Assembly (NCBI GenBank): GCA_032718475.1
Contig: JAUCBJ010006571.1
Span: 1-40,091 of the forward strand
Direction: 5' to 3'
Source of the DNA: Nemertoderma westbladi
Lineage: Eukaryota > Animalia > Xenacoelomorpha
DNA length: 40,091 nucleotides
Position 1 is the first letter of the stretch. The number at the start of each line of letters is the position of its first letter. A program made the position numbers and the translations under genes. This document shows positions 22,940 to 36,068 of this stretch, in pieces. The notes under the pieces were generated by a model. It made no database searches. It worked only from the letters and a program-made list of their open reading frames with translations, and was not told the origin of the DNA.

Positions 22940-25050
22940 AAAATACACTCCAATGTACAGAAACTCGTCTACACCTTGATTAAACTCGTAGTTTATACTC
23001 AAGAGATGATCGACCTAGCGGCCCCTCGGGATGACGATATAAACCCAGATGACTACAAAGTTGGAACGGGGATGATGGCATATATCCTGTGGGGGGGGGG
23101 GGGGACATGAAACCTCACCACTGGGGTAAAACAGCCACTGCTAGACAAAAATACGGTCGTAAATACCATGGTCACCAACCTTCCATCTGGGAGGATTAAC
23201 TCCTGGTCGCTCTGGAAGATATACGATATGAGTAATATGCCTAAGATGACACATCACCAAGCATATTATATACAAACTGAAAGTCTAGTATTGGGTGGCA
23301 TCGTCTTCCGATTCATAAGGGATATGGTGTTAAAACACACCGAGCGTTTCGATATCCTCTACAACGAAACTAGGTAATATCTTGCTTCCTCCGTCCTACG
23401 CGGCTTTGTGGGCTATGAGACCCTGGCGCAATGGAAAGTACTACTGTTGGGGAGAGCAAGAAAGATATCTGGGACATCGCGGAAAACAAGGTGGCATTAG
23501 CAACACAGCAACTACTGTATAATGAACCAGCAGTAACCAACGCAGCCAGACATTCAGTCCTTGGGCTTAGGCCTACCCAACCTAAACCAGTAAACCTAAA
23601 TATATCGCGATAAAACCAGGTCCAAAGTCAAATCGCGACGCAGGGCAGTACGTGGTACAGCAGTCGGTGCGTACCCGGATAGCTACTATCCGAGCCTTCC
23701 GCTGCGAGAGCTCCGACGATACAGAGGTTCGGAGGGAACCAGAATCTTCCAAGAGACGTCATGACGTCTTGTTGGAAGAGTATAACCTCCCCTCTACGAG
23801 CACTGCCCCCCAGAAATCGCCTAAACGACATCGAACTCACGAGCCAGAGGTCGAGCCACCCCAAGAACCAGAGGCTCACCCATAACCTCCCCTCCATCCA
23901 ATGAACTATAACTCGAGAAATACCGTGGAAAGCGCCAGAGATCGACATACCTGCTGGTTTAGATCGATTGGATCTACAAAGAATAAGCGCATTGCCAGAA
24001 CTCAATATCTATTACGATATTCCTGAACACTACGGATTCTCCGAAGTGAACTTCCTGGTTCCTGGCTACACACCTAGAGTACCGGACCAATATAAACCGG
24101 ACATCGGCGAGGACGATACCTGGATTCCCCCCCCCCCCCCCCCCCCCCGCCTCTAGACAATGCACTTGGGAGAAACTGGGTATGGTTCCTTTCTGCTCGT
24201 GTTGTAAAGTTCAGGGACATAACGCTGCTTGTTACCCTGATATGCTTACCCAGTGCGAAAGTTGCACTAATAACTGAGAGTGTTGGGCCAACCTACAAAT
24301 ATATCGATACGAGAAACTTGTATATCTCGCGAATCTCCACTCAAAACTCAAATGGAGAGTGGAGAAAGCGGGAACTAACGAACGCTACGACATTAGACAT
24401 AGACACGGCATCTTTACCTTCCTACACAAACCCTTGCAACTTCGTGATGAGACGATATGATACTCCTGATCAATATCGCTTCACATATAAAGCACTCATG
24501 CGAAAAGCGACAAACCCCGAAGTTGGGCCGATAGCCGTACAAACCTGGCTACTCTAATACATCCCCGGGCAACCCTGGCTTTGGTTGACTGACAGGACAG
24601 CAACGGATTGGGAGATGAACTATATCCCCCCATGATTCCTGCGAACGCCAGAAGTAGAAATCGGGATCGGCAGTTCCTTCTAGAAAGTATCCGGAGGAAA
24701 ACGGATACTCCCGATCTGGAATGGGCCCATCTACTTGAGTCGGACGACATGGAAGAGGGATAGAGGCTTGCGTCCCAAGTCGCACCAAGGTTACAGGGTC
24801 CATACCTTACCTTGGAAGGGTGTTGTGTAAAAGCTTCTGTGGGATATAACTGGCCCCTTTGCTTCGCAATCCAGTTTCCCCCCAGGCGCTGGAATACTCT
24901 AAAAGGTTCTCTAACTGTATATATATTCCCCTCGCCCGCAAGGTACCGTTACAGGTGTTTTAACGGACATAAAAGTCATTCTTCTATATACCTGCTTTGG
25001 CGGACATGGTAAGGCAAAAAACCCGCAATGCACCAAATACCTTTACACGG
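22940..25050 (+). pseudogene. Decayed coding-like block of unknown origin
   Basis: Chain of short + strand ORFs with coding-like composition, broken by stops and homopolymers; a knuckle-like CSCCKVQGHNAAC is encoded at 24194-24232. Confidence 0.4.
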
Positions 25051-26156
25051 CTTGGCCTTGATGATTCAGATTGCGACATCTAGCAGCTGGTTGCTGGCAT
25101 GGAAACAGCCATTGAACGCATGGTTCTTTGTTTGGCTTGAGCCAATCAGAGCGATTTTTTCTGTCGACGTGTAGATATTCGGCCGATGATACTAGGAGTG
25201 TTCAGTCTTACTGTTTTTTGGTGATACTGTTGTGTTGTTGCTATCTAGGCCAGGAACACCGGCTCTAGAGTCAATTCGTTTTCATACTTTAGAAGAAACA
25301 TTAGTAGGCTTAAATTATAGAGCGTATAACTGTTATCATATCAATCATAACGACTCAATCGGCACATACATTGTCATATCATATCTTAACCTACCGTCTT
25401 AATGCTTTTACTGTTGTCATATTTTGTATTAGTTGGTTGAATATTATTTGGAGAACATTTATAAAGAACCCAAATTTCCCAATTTTCTTGATATACTACA
25501 GGTTAGAGAGACGGGTTATATATAGCGATTGCGACTTATATTATTGTGGTTTGTAGTGAATTTAATGCTATTTGATAAGCACTACATGAGTCCGTTGCTG
25601 TTCGCTTTATATATGATAAAATTCATTGACGGTCGGCAAATTAGTGAGCAGTATTGTGTGTTACCGGTAGTGTGCATGATTGTGACTGATAACTAAGCAT
25701 TTCCTAAAGAATGCGCCTCATACGTGAATCATAAGCCTTACCGACTTACCGTTGTGATTAGTATAAGTCATATCTCTGTTTACCTAGATAGAGCGCCACG
25801 TCCTAAAGGAACTGTTAATATTTCCCGAAAGTGAACAATATTAGTCAGAAATTAATTATTAACGATCAATCGAATAATACAGTAAGCTTACACTGCAATA
25901 ATAATCTAAGCCCTCAGAATCCAGTCTCCCGGGTATATCCAGCGGGTGAATGGACGCGCACTAGGCTGGCTTCTGCTAATGTTGTGTTTATTGGTATTAA
26001 ATATTTGTCATCTTCTAAAGTCTATTTATAAACCAAAAGACATATAAATTTTGGCAGGTTAAACTGCTAAAGGTCTTCAAAAGCGCGTACAATAACAGTT
26101 ATTGTCTTTATTGCAGTAAGCAATAAAGTTGAAAGTACCGGTCGACTGGTAAACCT

Positions 26157-26284
26157 GAACCGGTACTTCTGTAGGTCAGTAGGCCCAACTGCCAGAACCG
26201 GTACTGCTGTAGGTCCGTAGGTCCAACTGCCAGAACCGGTACTTCTGTAGGTCCGTAGGCCCAACTGTCCTAACCGGTACTTCC
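26157..26284. repeat. 38-bp tandem repeat, about 3.3 copies
   Basis: AACCGGTACTTCTGTAGGTCCGTAGGCCCAACTGCCAG-like units start at 26158, 26196, 26234, 26272. Confidence 0.92.
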
Positions 26285-26454
26285 AGTATAAGTACATTAG
26301 TATTATTTAGATTGTGATCTATTGTATATTGTAGGCTGCCAGGGGAATAGGGATTGATCACCCCTCATTCTTTTGTATAGTTTACTTATTTCTGTCAGTT
26401 TTATTTCCTAGTAAGTTAATATTGAGCTGAAGACGTGTAAGTCTGCTCAGATTG

Positions 26455-27035
26455 TTCAGATAATTGTAGGCCGGACTGTTGTCAGATTGTTGTTGGGTTT
26501 GGAGAGATTACGGCGTGTGTAGAGTTTGTCCGATAGAGTGCCAGTTAGTAAGTTGGGGCAGCCATAGCTGTAAGGTCAATCCCCTCTTAAAGAATAAGTC
26601 GTACTACCGTGTTAGAACGCATACTAACTAACCATTTTGGAATCTGCACATACTGTAGTTTATTTAGGCTTGACAGTATTCTGCCAGCGTTTAGGCCTGT
26701 GTTTGTTTGTGTGGTCTGTTCAGGTACCGTAATAGTTATTACTCAGATATTTTGTAGGCTGGATTGTTGTCTAGCTATTATTAGGTCTGAAGAGATTGCT
26801 GCTTGTGTAGAGTTTGTCTGATGAAGTGCCAGTTAGTAAGTTGGGGCAGCCATAGCTGTAAGGTCAATCCCCTCTTAAAGAATAAGTCGTACTACCGTGT
26901 TAGAACGCATACTAACTAACCATTTTGGAATCTGCACATACAGTAGTTTATTTAGGCTTGGTGGTAGTCTGCCAGCGTTTTGGTTTGTATTTGTTTGAGT
27001 ATTCTGTACGGGTAGCGTAATATTTATTATTCAGA
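26455..27035. repeat. Tandem duplication, period 288 bp
   Basis: CCAGTTAGTAAGTTGGGGCAGCC... at 26541 and 26829; about 135-bp core nearly identical, flanks diverged. Confidence 0.92.
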
Positions 27036-27973
27036 GTTTATGCGATTATTCGCAACATTCATGTCCCCAAGTTTATTCCTACAGTAATTGTGCTTGTTAT
27101 ACATACCGTTATAGTTAAATTAACCCCGGTACTACACGGGCTGCTTGGCGTAGGAAAAGACTGGTGACTTTGTGCTTCGGTCACTCCAGCAGATGCCGTG
27201 GTTCTTTTAACTGTTCAAGTATATTTAACTACTGATTATTTGTTGTACCAGTACTTGTACCTAATTTAGGGTTTAGTGTACAGTGCTTTCCGAAAGTAAT
27301 TAGTGTGTAGGCAGTGTATTGTGTTGTAAAGTGGTTAATAGGCACGTTGGATCTGGTAGTCCGCGGTAATTAACTTCTAGGTAGGAACACTCCGTGATAC
27401 ATAACGTAGTACCTATAGCGATACGGCTATAGGTCGTCAGGCGGTGGTATTTTCCTATCTGGACAGTGCAATATATTTACTACTACTTATTTATTTTCAA
27501 ATACCGTAGTACCCTGTCCGTTGTAATAACCAGAAATCTAACACTTTGTTAGACTGGTTTGTAGACTTCCTGTAAAATTACCCTAAAATTTCGTACGTAA
27601 TATTTTTGTTGTGTTTAATTAGAGATTTAATCTCACCCGTATCGTAAGTAATTTGTAGTATTAAGTAACTTAGGTAAATTAGAATTATCTGTTTTAGTGT
27701 CCCATAAATAGCACTTCACTGAGAGCGCCCAGCTTCTGTGTAGTGACCCCCCAGAAATAATAACATTTATTTCGAATATTGAAAAAACCCATTTTAAACG
27801 GGTATATAAATATTATAAATCAACTCAAACGATTTATAAATAGTAGGCCTGCCATACAACAACTAGGTCTCAATATCAGTTGGACTACTGCTTAAATAAC
27901 GGTAATAAAGTAAGTTAAAGTAACCAAGTAACCCTAAAATATTCAGAAATTCAAGTATTCTAAAATAATTGAC

Positions 27974-28250
27974 ATACCGGTATTTACCATAGGCTTATTA
28001 TATTTATTTCTATAAATTTGAGCTAAAATCATACCGGTATTCTGTAATTAATTCTAGTTCATAATTATACTTATATATACTATAAGTGTAAGCTGTATAC
28101 CGGTATTCACGATAGGCCTATTATATATTTATATATATTTGTGCTAAATTTATATACCGGTACTCTGTGACAAACCTAGTTTACAATACTTATATATATA
28201 TTATAAGTGCATACCGGTATTCTAATATACTGCAATAAATTACCGGTACT
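27974..28250. repeat. Diverged duplication of about 123 bp with six TACCGGTA palindromes
   Basis: ATACCGGTATT..ATAGGC(T/C)TATTATATTTAT at 27974 and 28097, just upstream of the BEL gag start. Confidence 0.75.
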
Positions 28251-28328
28251 AGGCCAACGGTCATACTGAATTACTAGACTTGCTTTAACTGTAACTATAG
28301 CAGTAAGCATTCAACTGTATAGCTAAAC

Positions 28329-31300
28329 ATGTCTGACACCCAGCAAAACCTATCAGACAGTCTAATCGATACAACCATCTGTGACACAGATAGGAGTGTG
28401 GAGCGATTAAGAAAGGAGTTCAGCTCACCTCCTACTGAAAGAAAGGTCATCCCTCCAGTAGTAGTATCAGACCCTAAGCTAATCCGACACCATAGGTCTA
28501 TCATCGGCACTCGGGCCCAAGTCAAACGGAACCAGGAAGCAGCTGTCCCACAGCAGCAACAGCCTAGTCAAGAAACTTGTTCCCAGTGATCCGATAGCTC
28601 CAGTAATTCGGATACTGTCGAGCTGACCCCCGAACGCGGATTGCAGATGGCGGCTAAAACCTACTCGGACCCCCTTCTCACCCTTCCTGCCGCAGTGCTA
28701 ACTACTATATTGATTGCGGTGGAGGAACATCAAGCCGATTGGGCGAGAAGTAAGCGAGCGACCCAAGATAATTATGCGGGATACGCCAGGGAAGAATTGA
28801 TGTCTATTGTCGAGTCACAATGGAACTTTCCCGGACCCGGACTCCCGCTAGATTTGTCCGAGGCCACTTGGGAGGATATATACAGGATGGGAGTGGCTAA
28901 AGATACAATGGATCCAGCTGTTTGGAAGAGGTCGGCAGCAGGATATGTGCAGGGATTCTTCGGCTCCTTGGAGCGATTGGAAGAACAACTGTTTCGACAA
29001 CCCCAAGGACCTCAAGAGCAGGAAGAGCTGCTATATCAAGTACGCGAAAGAACCCTACGCATTAGACTAATCCTATCAGCCTTTGAGGAAACTTCCTAAA
29101 GAAGACAGGACACTTCGCTGCAGGTTGCTGTCAAAACTTGGTTCCAGTGGGTAGGTCTCAAAGTACAAGAAACGGATCAGTGGAAATCCCAGCTGTCTGA
29201 GAGACTAACCTATGAAGAACCAACCGATGCCACCCTTTCTCAAGTGGAAGGCGAAGAGACCGCAGAGAGACCACGAACGAGAGACGCCATCGACATATAT
29301 CTGTCCGACTATCAGCGATTCCTAGGAGATGAAGAGTTGAGGAGACGGCTGTCTGGACTTTCCCCTAATAGTGAAGGAACCCAGCGTGTGTTAGACTCAA
29401 TCGATGCTGAAATGTTAGCTGCTAACCAAGCTGAGTTTGATGAAAAACTCCGCCTCACTAGAGTCCAAGAAGAACTAGTAAAGAAAAAAAGGATAGAGGA
29501 CCGAAAGGCAGCTGCAGTAACAGCGGCAATGGCCGAAGTGGAAGCAGAAAGAAAGGCAGCTGCAGTAACAGCGGCGGCAGAAGCCGAAGCAGAAAGAAAA
29601 GCGACTGTGGCAGCAGCAAAGGCAGTGGCAGAAGCAGAACAGAGGGCGTCTGAAGAGATCACACAACTGGAGTTGGAAAATCTTCAAGAGACGCAAGATA
29701 ACATAAATAAACAGTTAACTGCTAGTCACATGCAGATGATGAGAAAATCTACTCCCAAACGCCAGGGATATACGTCATCGGAGGAAAGCGAAACCACCGA
29801 TCCTGAAGGCGGAGGAAATAGATCTCGTCTAAGCAGGCGTAGAAAAACATCTTACCGTCACAAATTGCCTGATTTGCCCCCAGCGGTTAGAAGGCAACTA
29901 GCTAGCCCAGACTTAGGTAGTATAGAACCTACGGACCAAATTATTAAGGTCAAAAGACTCCCTACTATAGTTGATGAGCCTGAAATAATTAGGCCTGTCG
30001 TTCCCAAAGTCACTCCTGTGTTAGAGACCCCTGTACTTCCAGAGCTTAACTCTAAATTCCCTTTACACAGTACTACACTGCCTGCGCCCGGTAGAACAGT
30101 CCATGAGAATATCCCTGTCCTGGAAGCTGAGAGAGAAATCAAAGATTTGTCTTCCGTCGTCCCACGTCAGCCCGCTACAATGTTGGCGACTCCCGCTTCG
30201 GCGGTTGAGTGGGTAGAGGAGGGACGGCGGGGGATGAATCTCCTGCTCGGACAGATGCAGGAGACTGTCTACCAACTTAAGGGAACAGTAAGGGAAGGTA
30301 GGGCCGAATTGCAAGAAGTGCAGCAAAGTATCGCGCTAGAACGCGACAAATTAGACAACATCCAAAAAGGTATACCTATACCCCCTGTAAAATTGTGTCA
30401 ACCTGTTAGGTCTGAAGTATTACATGCGCAAGGTGTGGAGCCTACACGCATCTATACTGCTAGTGAAGTAGAAACTCCTATAGCAAACCCTATTAAGGGT
30501 GATTATAGACCTGTTATTAATGATATCCCCTATAGACCTGACAATGATCCGAGAAATTTATATACCGATAATTCGATATTAAATAACACGATGGCCCAAG
30601 AAAGCTTTACGCGTCAGATGGCTAGAACAGAAGCCCGCCAAGCGGTCAAGGTGGGAGAGATCGTCAAATTCAATGGAGATGAGATGAAATGGTTACCTTT
30701 CAACGAATATTACAAAGATAGCATACAAAACTCTGTACTATCTAACGGAGAGAAACTTAGGTTCCTCATCAAGTGCTTGGAAGGACCTCCCAGGTTAATG
30801 GCGTTAAAGTTTATTGGACATCCAGAAGGATTAAGACAAGTATGGGATACATTAAACATCAGGTATGGTAACAAGGATAACATAGCTAAGTATTTGTATG
30901 CAAAATTAGTAGCCCCCCGACACTTCCTTAGTAGCGGGATTATAGAGTTTTCCGATGAGATACAGGAGATCTGTAGACAATTGGACTGGTTAGGTAAGTC
31001 TCATGAGTATCAGAGTTCCATGGTTATTGGAGCAGTAGTCTCTACTTTACCAAAGGGTGGGGTATGTACGCGTTGGGACAAGAAAGTGTTGTACATGAAT
31101 GAACAACAACGACGAAGCCCTACCATGGCTGACCTCATGTCCTTCTTAGATGGTGAAGTAAAACTACAACTCATCAAGCAGTCCAGAGAGAAAACATCGG
31201 AAAATAAGGTAAGTGAGAAACCCGCTTCTAGGAGAAGAGTAACACCGGTGTTTTACACTGACGACGGCGAAAGCCAAGCTTTTCAAGAAGAGGACAGCGG

Positions 31301-33745
31301 GAAAGACACTGATCGATCTTACTATGTTGAAAAAATCTCAAAAGACATAAGTAAATACAAGGCTCGAAACAACGATAGGAGAGAACAGGTTGCCAAGACC
31401 CCTCCTCAGTCTCCTAATAGAATGCACCGAAGAAAACCCGAAGAAAAAACGAGAGTGCATCAAGTTACCCAAGGTAAAGTGAGTAACATAAAACCTAACT
31501 GTGCGCTGTGCGACGGGACCCACCGTTTGAGTGCGTGTGCTGAATTTCTAAAGAAATCCCTTGTAGACAGACGTGCAGTCGTATGGGATAAGCGGTTATG
31601 CTATAATTGCCTCAGACCAGGACACCAACGGCGAACCTGTTACTCCGACATAAAGTGTGCAAAGTGTGGCGCGAAACATCACATCTTGTTACACAGTGAG
31701 TTCGAACGAGACAAACTGAGTCAGGTAAGTGAGCCCGAACTACATGTCCAATTCAGTGATGTAAACGACACTGATCAAGAATCTGAGATGGAAGGATTCT
31801 ATACTGACGAATTCTCCGACGCCAACGAATCCTGTTATCTAATCAATACCGCAGTGTATCGAGCACTTACTTATGAAAAGGACAACAACAATGAGTTTCC
31901 CCCAACTACTTTTGCCAAACAACCATCTTGGAAAGCTCCAACTTCCAACGTAGGAATCAGAGAATTTCCTGTAGTGCAGGTAAGAGTTCACGGTCCTAAC
32001 CACAGTTACATAGTGAACGCACTCCTTGACTCCGGCAGCACAGGAACATTCATCGATCAAGAATTAGCCGAAGATATCTTTGCTGGACAACCCAAATTCC
32101 GGACTAAATTGAATATGTCAGGAATTATGCAGGTTTGGAAATCTACCCTAACGGCAGATTACTATGTAGGTGTGTTGTCCACCCCCCAGGATAAGTTAGG
32201 AGCACAAGGTATAAGGTCGGTAAAAATGGTGGCTATAAAGAATTTCGCTACTACTCAAGCAGACCTTTATAATTGGGACGAGGATGAGAGCATCCAACAT
32301 CTTAAGATACCTCGATTCCAGACAGATTATCCTGGAGTGCAAATACTCATCGGCCAAAACGCGCATGAAGCGCTCGAAACATTGGAGAAACGGCCTGCTC
32401 AACCACAGCCACTGCAAACCTATGCGGTAAGAACTAGAGTAGGTTGGTACTTTACTGGCCCTTCCCGCAGGACTCTCGAAGAGAGAATGCCACAAGAACA
32501 AACATACCAAGTAAACGATTGGGAAGTGGAAAGCAGTGAGGTGGACGAACTAACTGAGGGAACACCATACTCCTCAGATAATGACGACATCTACCAACTC
32601 TTCGATGAAGAGAACACAATCGACTTACTTACAGAAAACCAAACTTGGAAAAATCAGGTGAACCTATGTCAACTGATTCGCCCATCGGAACCCATCGCTT
32701 ACAATGACGAACTCAACGATGAGATAGAGCGCTACAACGCTAGAACTCGGGATGAACTAGCCGTACGATTCTTTACTCAGGAACTGGTAGAGCACAATTC
32801 ATATGATAAGGCTCTATCGATAGAAGAAGAAAGAGCCAAGCAAATCCAGGAAACAACTACACGTTTTTTAAAGGATCAAGTTAGGTATGAAATCGGCCTA
32901 CCATTTCGAAAACGAGAACCTAGATTTATAAATAACAGACCCTTGGCAGAGAAAAGAATCGCTCAATTACATCGACGCCTTACCGCTAATGCTTCAGCGA
33001 AAGAAATGTACCAAACTCAGCTGAAGAAATTTATAACAAAGGGATACGCGGAGCGAGTACCGGAAGGAACACCAGTGACTGAGAGAACGTATTACTTAAC
33101 ACATCATTACGTTCCCAAACCCGGTAAACCCCACGAAGTACGAGTCGTATTCGATGGCTCCGCCCTATATATGGGCCAATCCCTCAATTCCGAGTTGTTA
33201 CCAGGACCCAACTTACTCCAATCTTTGTTGGGAATACTTTTAAGATTAAGACAATATTCCATCGCGTTCGCCTCAGATATAGAAGGAATGTTCTTACAAG
33301 TCAAGGCGCTGGATAGAGATAGAGACAGCCTGAGATTTCTGTGGTGGCCTGAAGGAGACCTCAATCAGAAACCGGTAGAGTACTGGATGACCATCCAGGC
33401 TTTTGGAATCATATCAAGCCCTTCCAACGCCTGCTCCGTGGTGCGAACCACTGCGAATGACAACCGAGATTCCTTCTCAAAGGAAGTGATAGACAACATA
33501 AAATGTAATATATACATGGACGACAATTTAAAGTCCCTTCCATCAGTAGAAGAAGCCATAGCTGTCGCGAAAGGAACGGTAGAGTGTTTGAAAAGAGGTG
33601 GATTTCGACTGACGAAATTCACTAGCAACTCTCGTGAGTTTCTGGAAGCCATACCGGTAGAAGACCGAGGAACGAAAGACCTAGACTTAATAAAGGACGA
33701 TCTTCCTGAAACCAAGACGCTAGGCTTGAAGTGGGACACTGAAAG
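28329..33745 (+). pseudogene. BEL/Pao gag-protease-RT (5' part)
   Basis: ORFs 28329, 28641 and 29244 share one frame. DUF1759-like KFNGD..W..F..EKLRFL; CALC..H..C / CYNCL..GH..C / CAKC..HH.LLH; ALLDSGS; RVVFDGS, DIEGMFLQV, FG..SSP, YMDD; homology ends at KTLGLKWD. Confidence 0.93.
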
Positions 33746-33757
33746 AGTTGACACTGA

Positions 33758-35665
33758 AAATATGTCAAAGCGCCTACCATTCATAATGAAAAAAAATATA
33801 AAAAATACCGGAATAAACTTGGCATAGTGCTCCGAGACACCGAAAAAAAATTTTACTGTACGAAATTTCAGGAGACCGCGGGAAATATGCGAAAGACTTG
33901 GCGCATCATAAATAACGTGCTAAACAAAGGACAGAAAACCTCCTTCCCTAATAAAATAAATTGCAATAATACTGGTGGTACTAAAACAACATCAGACCCA
34001 ATCAAAATAGCAACCATTTTGAATGAGCACTTCTCTTTTATTGGTCAAAAACTAGCGCAAAATATACCCCTCTCAGCACGTTCGCCAATCCGCCACTTAC
34101 GTCACCGACACTCTAATTCGTTTTCACTAATAGAAACGTCCACTGCTGAAGTTCATTACTACCTACTAAGCCTAGACTATAGCTCAGCAACTAACGACTC
34201 ATTCCCTACTAGACTTATACAGATTGTAGCTGAGCCACTCGCCCATCACTTAACTTTCCTAATAAACCTCTCTATTAAATCTGGACATTTCCCATCATAT
34301 TTAAAAACAGCAAAGGTGATATCGAGCTTCAAAGGAAATGACCCATTAGATCCAAATAATTATAGACCTATCTCGCTACTTCCCATTTTCAGTAAAATAT
34401 ACGAAAAAATAATTTATGTACAACTTCACAATTATCTGGATCGCTTTTCAATACTAACACCCTGTCAATTTGGTTTTCGGAAAAATACTTCCACTTTTTC
34501 TGCGATTTTAACTGTAACTGAAAAAATTAAGTCAGTTCTAGATTCCAAATCATCCAGTTGCGCAATATACATTGACCTCAAAAAAGCGTTCGACACGCTC
34601 AATCACTCGATATTACTACAAAAACTGGAAGGATACGGAATTCGAGGGACCCCAAAAAATCTAATCCAAAGTTTCCTTACAGACAGAACTCAGTTTGTAT
34701 CCCTTAACAATAAAATCCAATCGCCGATTCTGAAAATTACGTGTGGGACTCCCCAAGGATCTATCTTATCACCTTTGCTGTTTTTACTCTATATAAATGA
34801 TCTTCCTAACGTATCTAACCTACTAACTACTCTATTCGCTGACGACACCACTTTACTGAACCACAATATTGACATTGACCGACTAATAACAACAACAAAC
34901 ACAGAACTTGACAAGATTTCGGACTGGCTCGCGGACAATAGACTATCCCTCAATATGACGAAGACAGAATACACTATATTTACTAACCGCCTACTAACTA
35001 CTGGTCTTCCTAAAATAAAAATTAAATCTTCTGAGATCAAGCAAGTACAGCATGCGAAATTTCTTGGTATCTGGATAGACGACAAATTGAAATGGAAAAC
35101 CCATACAAGGTACATATTAAACAAAATTTCCCGCTCAGCTGGTTTATTCTATAAGTTAAGAAATATCTTCCCATCCCAGATCCTTCGCATGCTGTACTTC
35201 ACTTTGATCAATCCATACATTAATTATGGTATATTGGCATGGGGTGTCGCTGGTAGTACTGTTCTCCGACCTATTCGAATTAAAATAAATAAAATTATTC
35301 GCTGTCTAACCTTCAGTCACTACCGGTCATCCTCCATACCAATATATAAATCTCTCATTATATTACCTTTACAATCGCTATTCAACTACCAGCTAGGCCA
35401 ACTAATGTACGATATATCCAACAACCCTAAACATCCACTTTCTCATCTATTTACAACTTTCTCTGAGATTCATCGTTACAACACTAGGTCGGCCGCTGCA
35501 GGCAAATACGTCATACCATTAACACGGCTGAATGTGGCTCATGAGTCTATTGCTGTTTTGGGTGCATCCTTTTGGAATAACTTACCAAGTCCAATAACTA
35601 CTTCAACAACAAAAAATATATTCAAAAAACAATTGAAGACATTCTTAATACACCACATGATTTAA
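33758..35665 (+). CDS. LINE ORF2 RT domain (endonuclease lost by 5' truncation)
   Basis: YKKYRNKL..KKFY, NYRPISLLPIFSKIYEK, QFGFRK, IDLKKAFDT, GTPQGSILSPLLFLLYINDLP, LFADDT, KFLGIWID; no stops. Confidence 0.92.
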   Translation, partial: KYVKAPTIHNEKKYKKYRNKLGIVLRDTEKKFYCTKFQETAGNMRKTWRIINNVLNKGQKTSFPNKINCNNTGGTKTTSDPIKIATILNEHFSFIGQKLAQNIPLSARSPIRHLRHRHSNSFSLIETSTAEVHYYLLSLDYSSATNDSFPTRLIQIVAEPLAHHLTFLINLSIKSGHFPSYLKTAKVISSFKGNDPLDPNNYRPISLLPIFSKIYEKIIYVQLHNYLDRFSILTPCQFGFRKNTSTFSAILTVTEKIKSVLDSKSSSCAIYIDLKKAFDTLNHSILLQKLEGYGIRGTPKNLIQSFLTDRTQFVSLNNKIQSPILKITCGTPQGSILSPLLFLLYINDLPNVSNLLTTLFADDTTLLNHNIDIDRLITTTNTELDKISDWLADNRLSLNMTKTEYTIFTNRLLTTGLPKIKIKSSEIKQVQHAKFLGIWIDDKLKWKTHTRYILNKISRSAGLFYKLRNIFPSQILRMLYFTLINPYINYGILAWGVAGSTVLRPIRIKINKIIRCLTFSHYRSSSIPIYKSLIILPLQSLFNYQLGQLMYDISNNPKHPLSHLFTTFSEIHRYNTRSAAAGKYVIPLTRLNVAHESIAVLGASFWNNLPSPITTSTTKNIFKKQLKTFLIHHMI

Positions 35666-36068
35666 TCATTTTCTCTTTTTTTTTTAGGACTATATACATG
35701 ATTTACGTTAAATTTAATTAAAAATTAAATTAAAATAAACAATTTATGAGACACACATCAACAAGGCAAATCGATATTACATATAGTAAATTACTACTTT
35801 TTCTTCGTTAATTATATTATACGGTGCAATGCAATAACACATAAAAATGTTCATTTTAATAACCCGAGTAACAGATTTACAGCATTACTATAATACTAAT
35901 TTCTTTAATTATATTTACAGTGCATAGGGGGTGGCTGTTGGCCTCGACTGGCATTGCCATTGCAAACAGTCACTACCCCCATAATAAATCGTCGTTAGGT
36001 GACGAACAAGTGCAATTTCATATCATATGATTACTATTATACAAACTTGAAACTTGAAAACTTGAACT
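33758..36068 (+). mobile_element. 5'-truncated CR1/L2-group LINE nested in BEL pol
   Basis: Uninterrupted ORF2 C-terminal part, 3' UTR and (AAACTTG)n tail at 36043-36068; no TSD. Confidence 0.92.

Noticed and set aside
26067-26361. Minus-strand ORFs with repeated peptides
   Set aside because: Translations of the 38-bp tandem repeat, whose period is not a multiple of 3.
29244-35665. Natural two-RT element (BEL RT followed by a non-LTR RT)
   Set aside because: The second RT has its own 3' UTR and repeat tail and interrupts BEL pol; it is a nested LINE.
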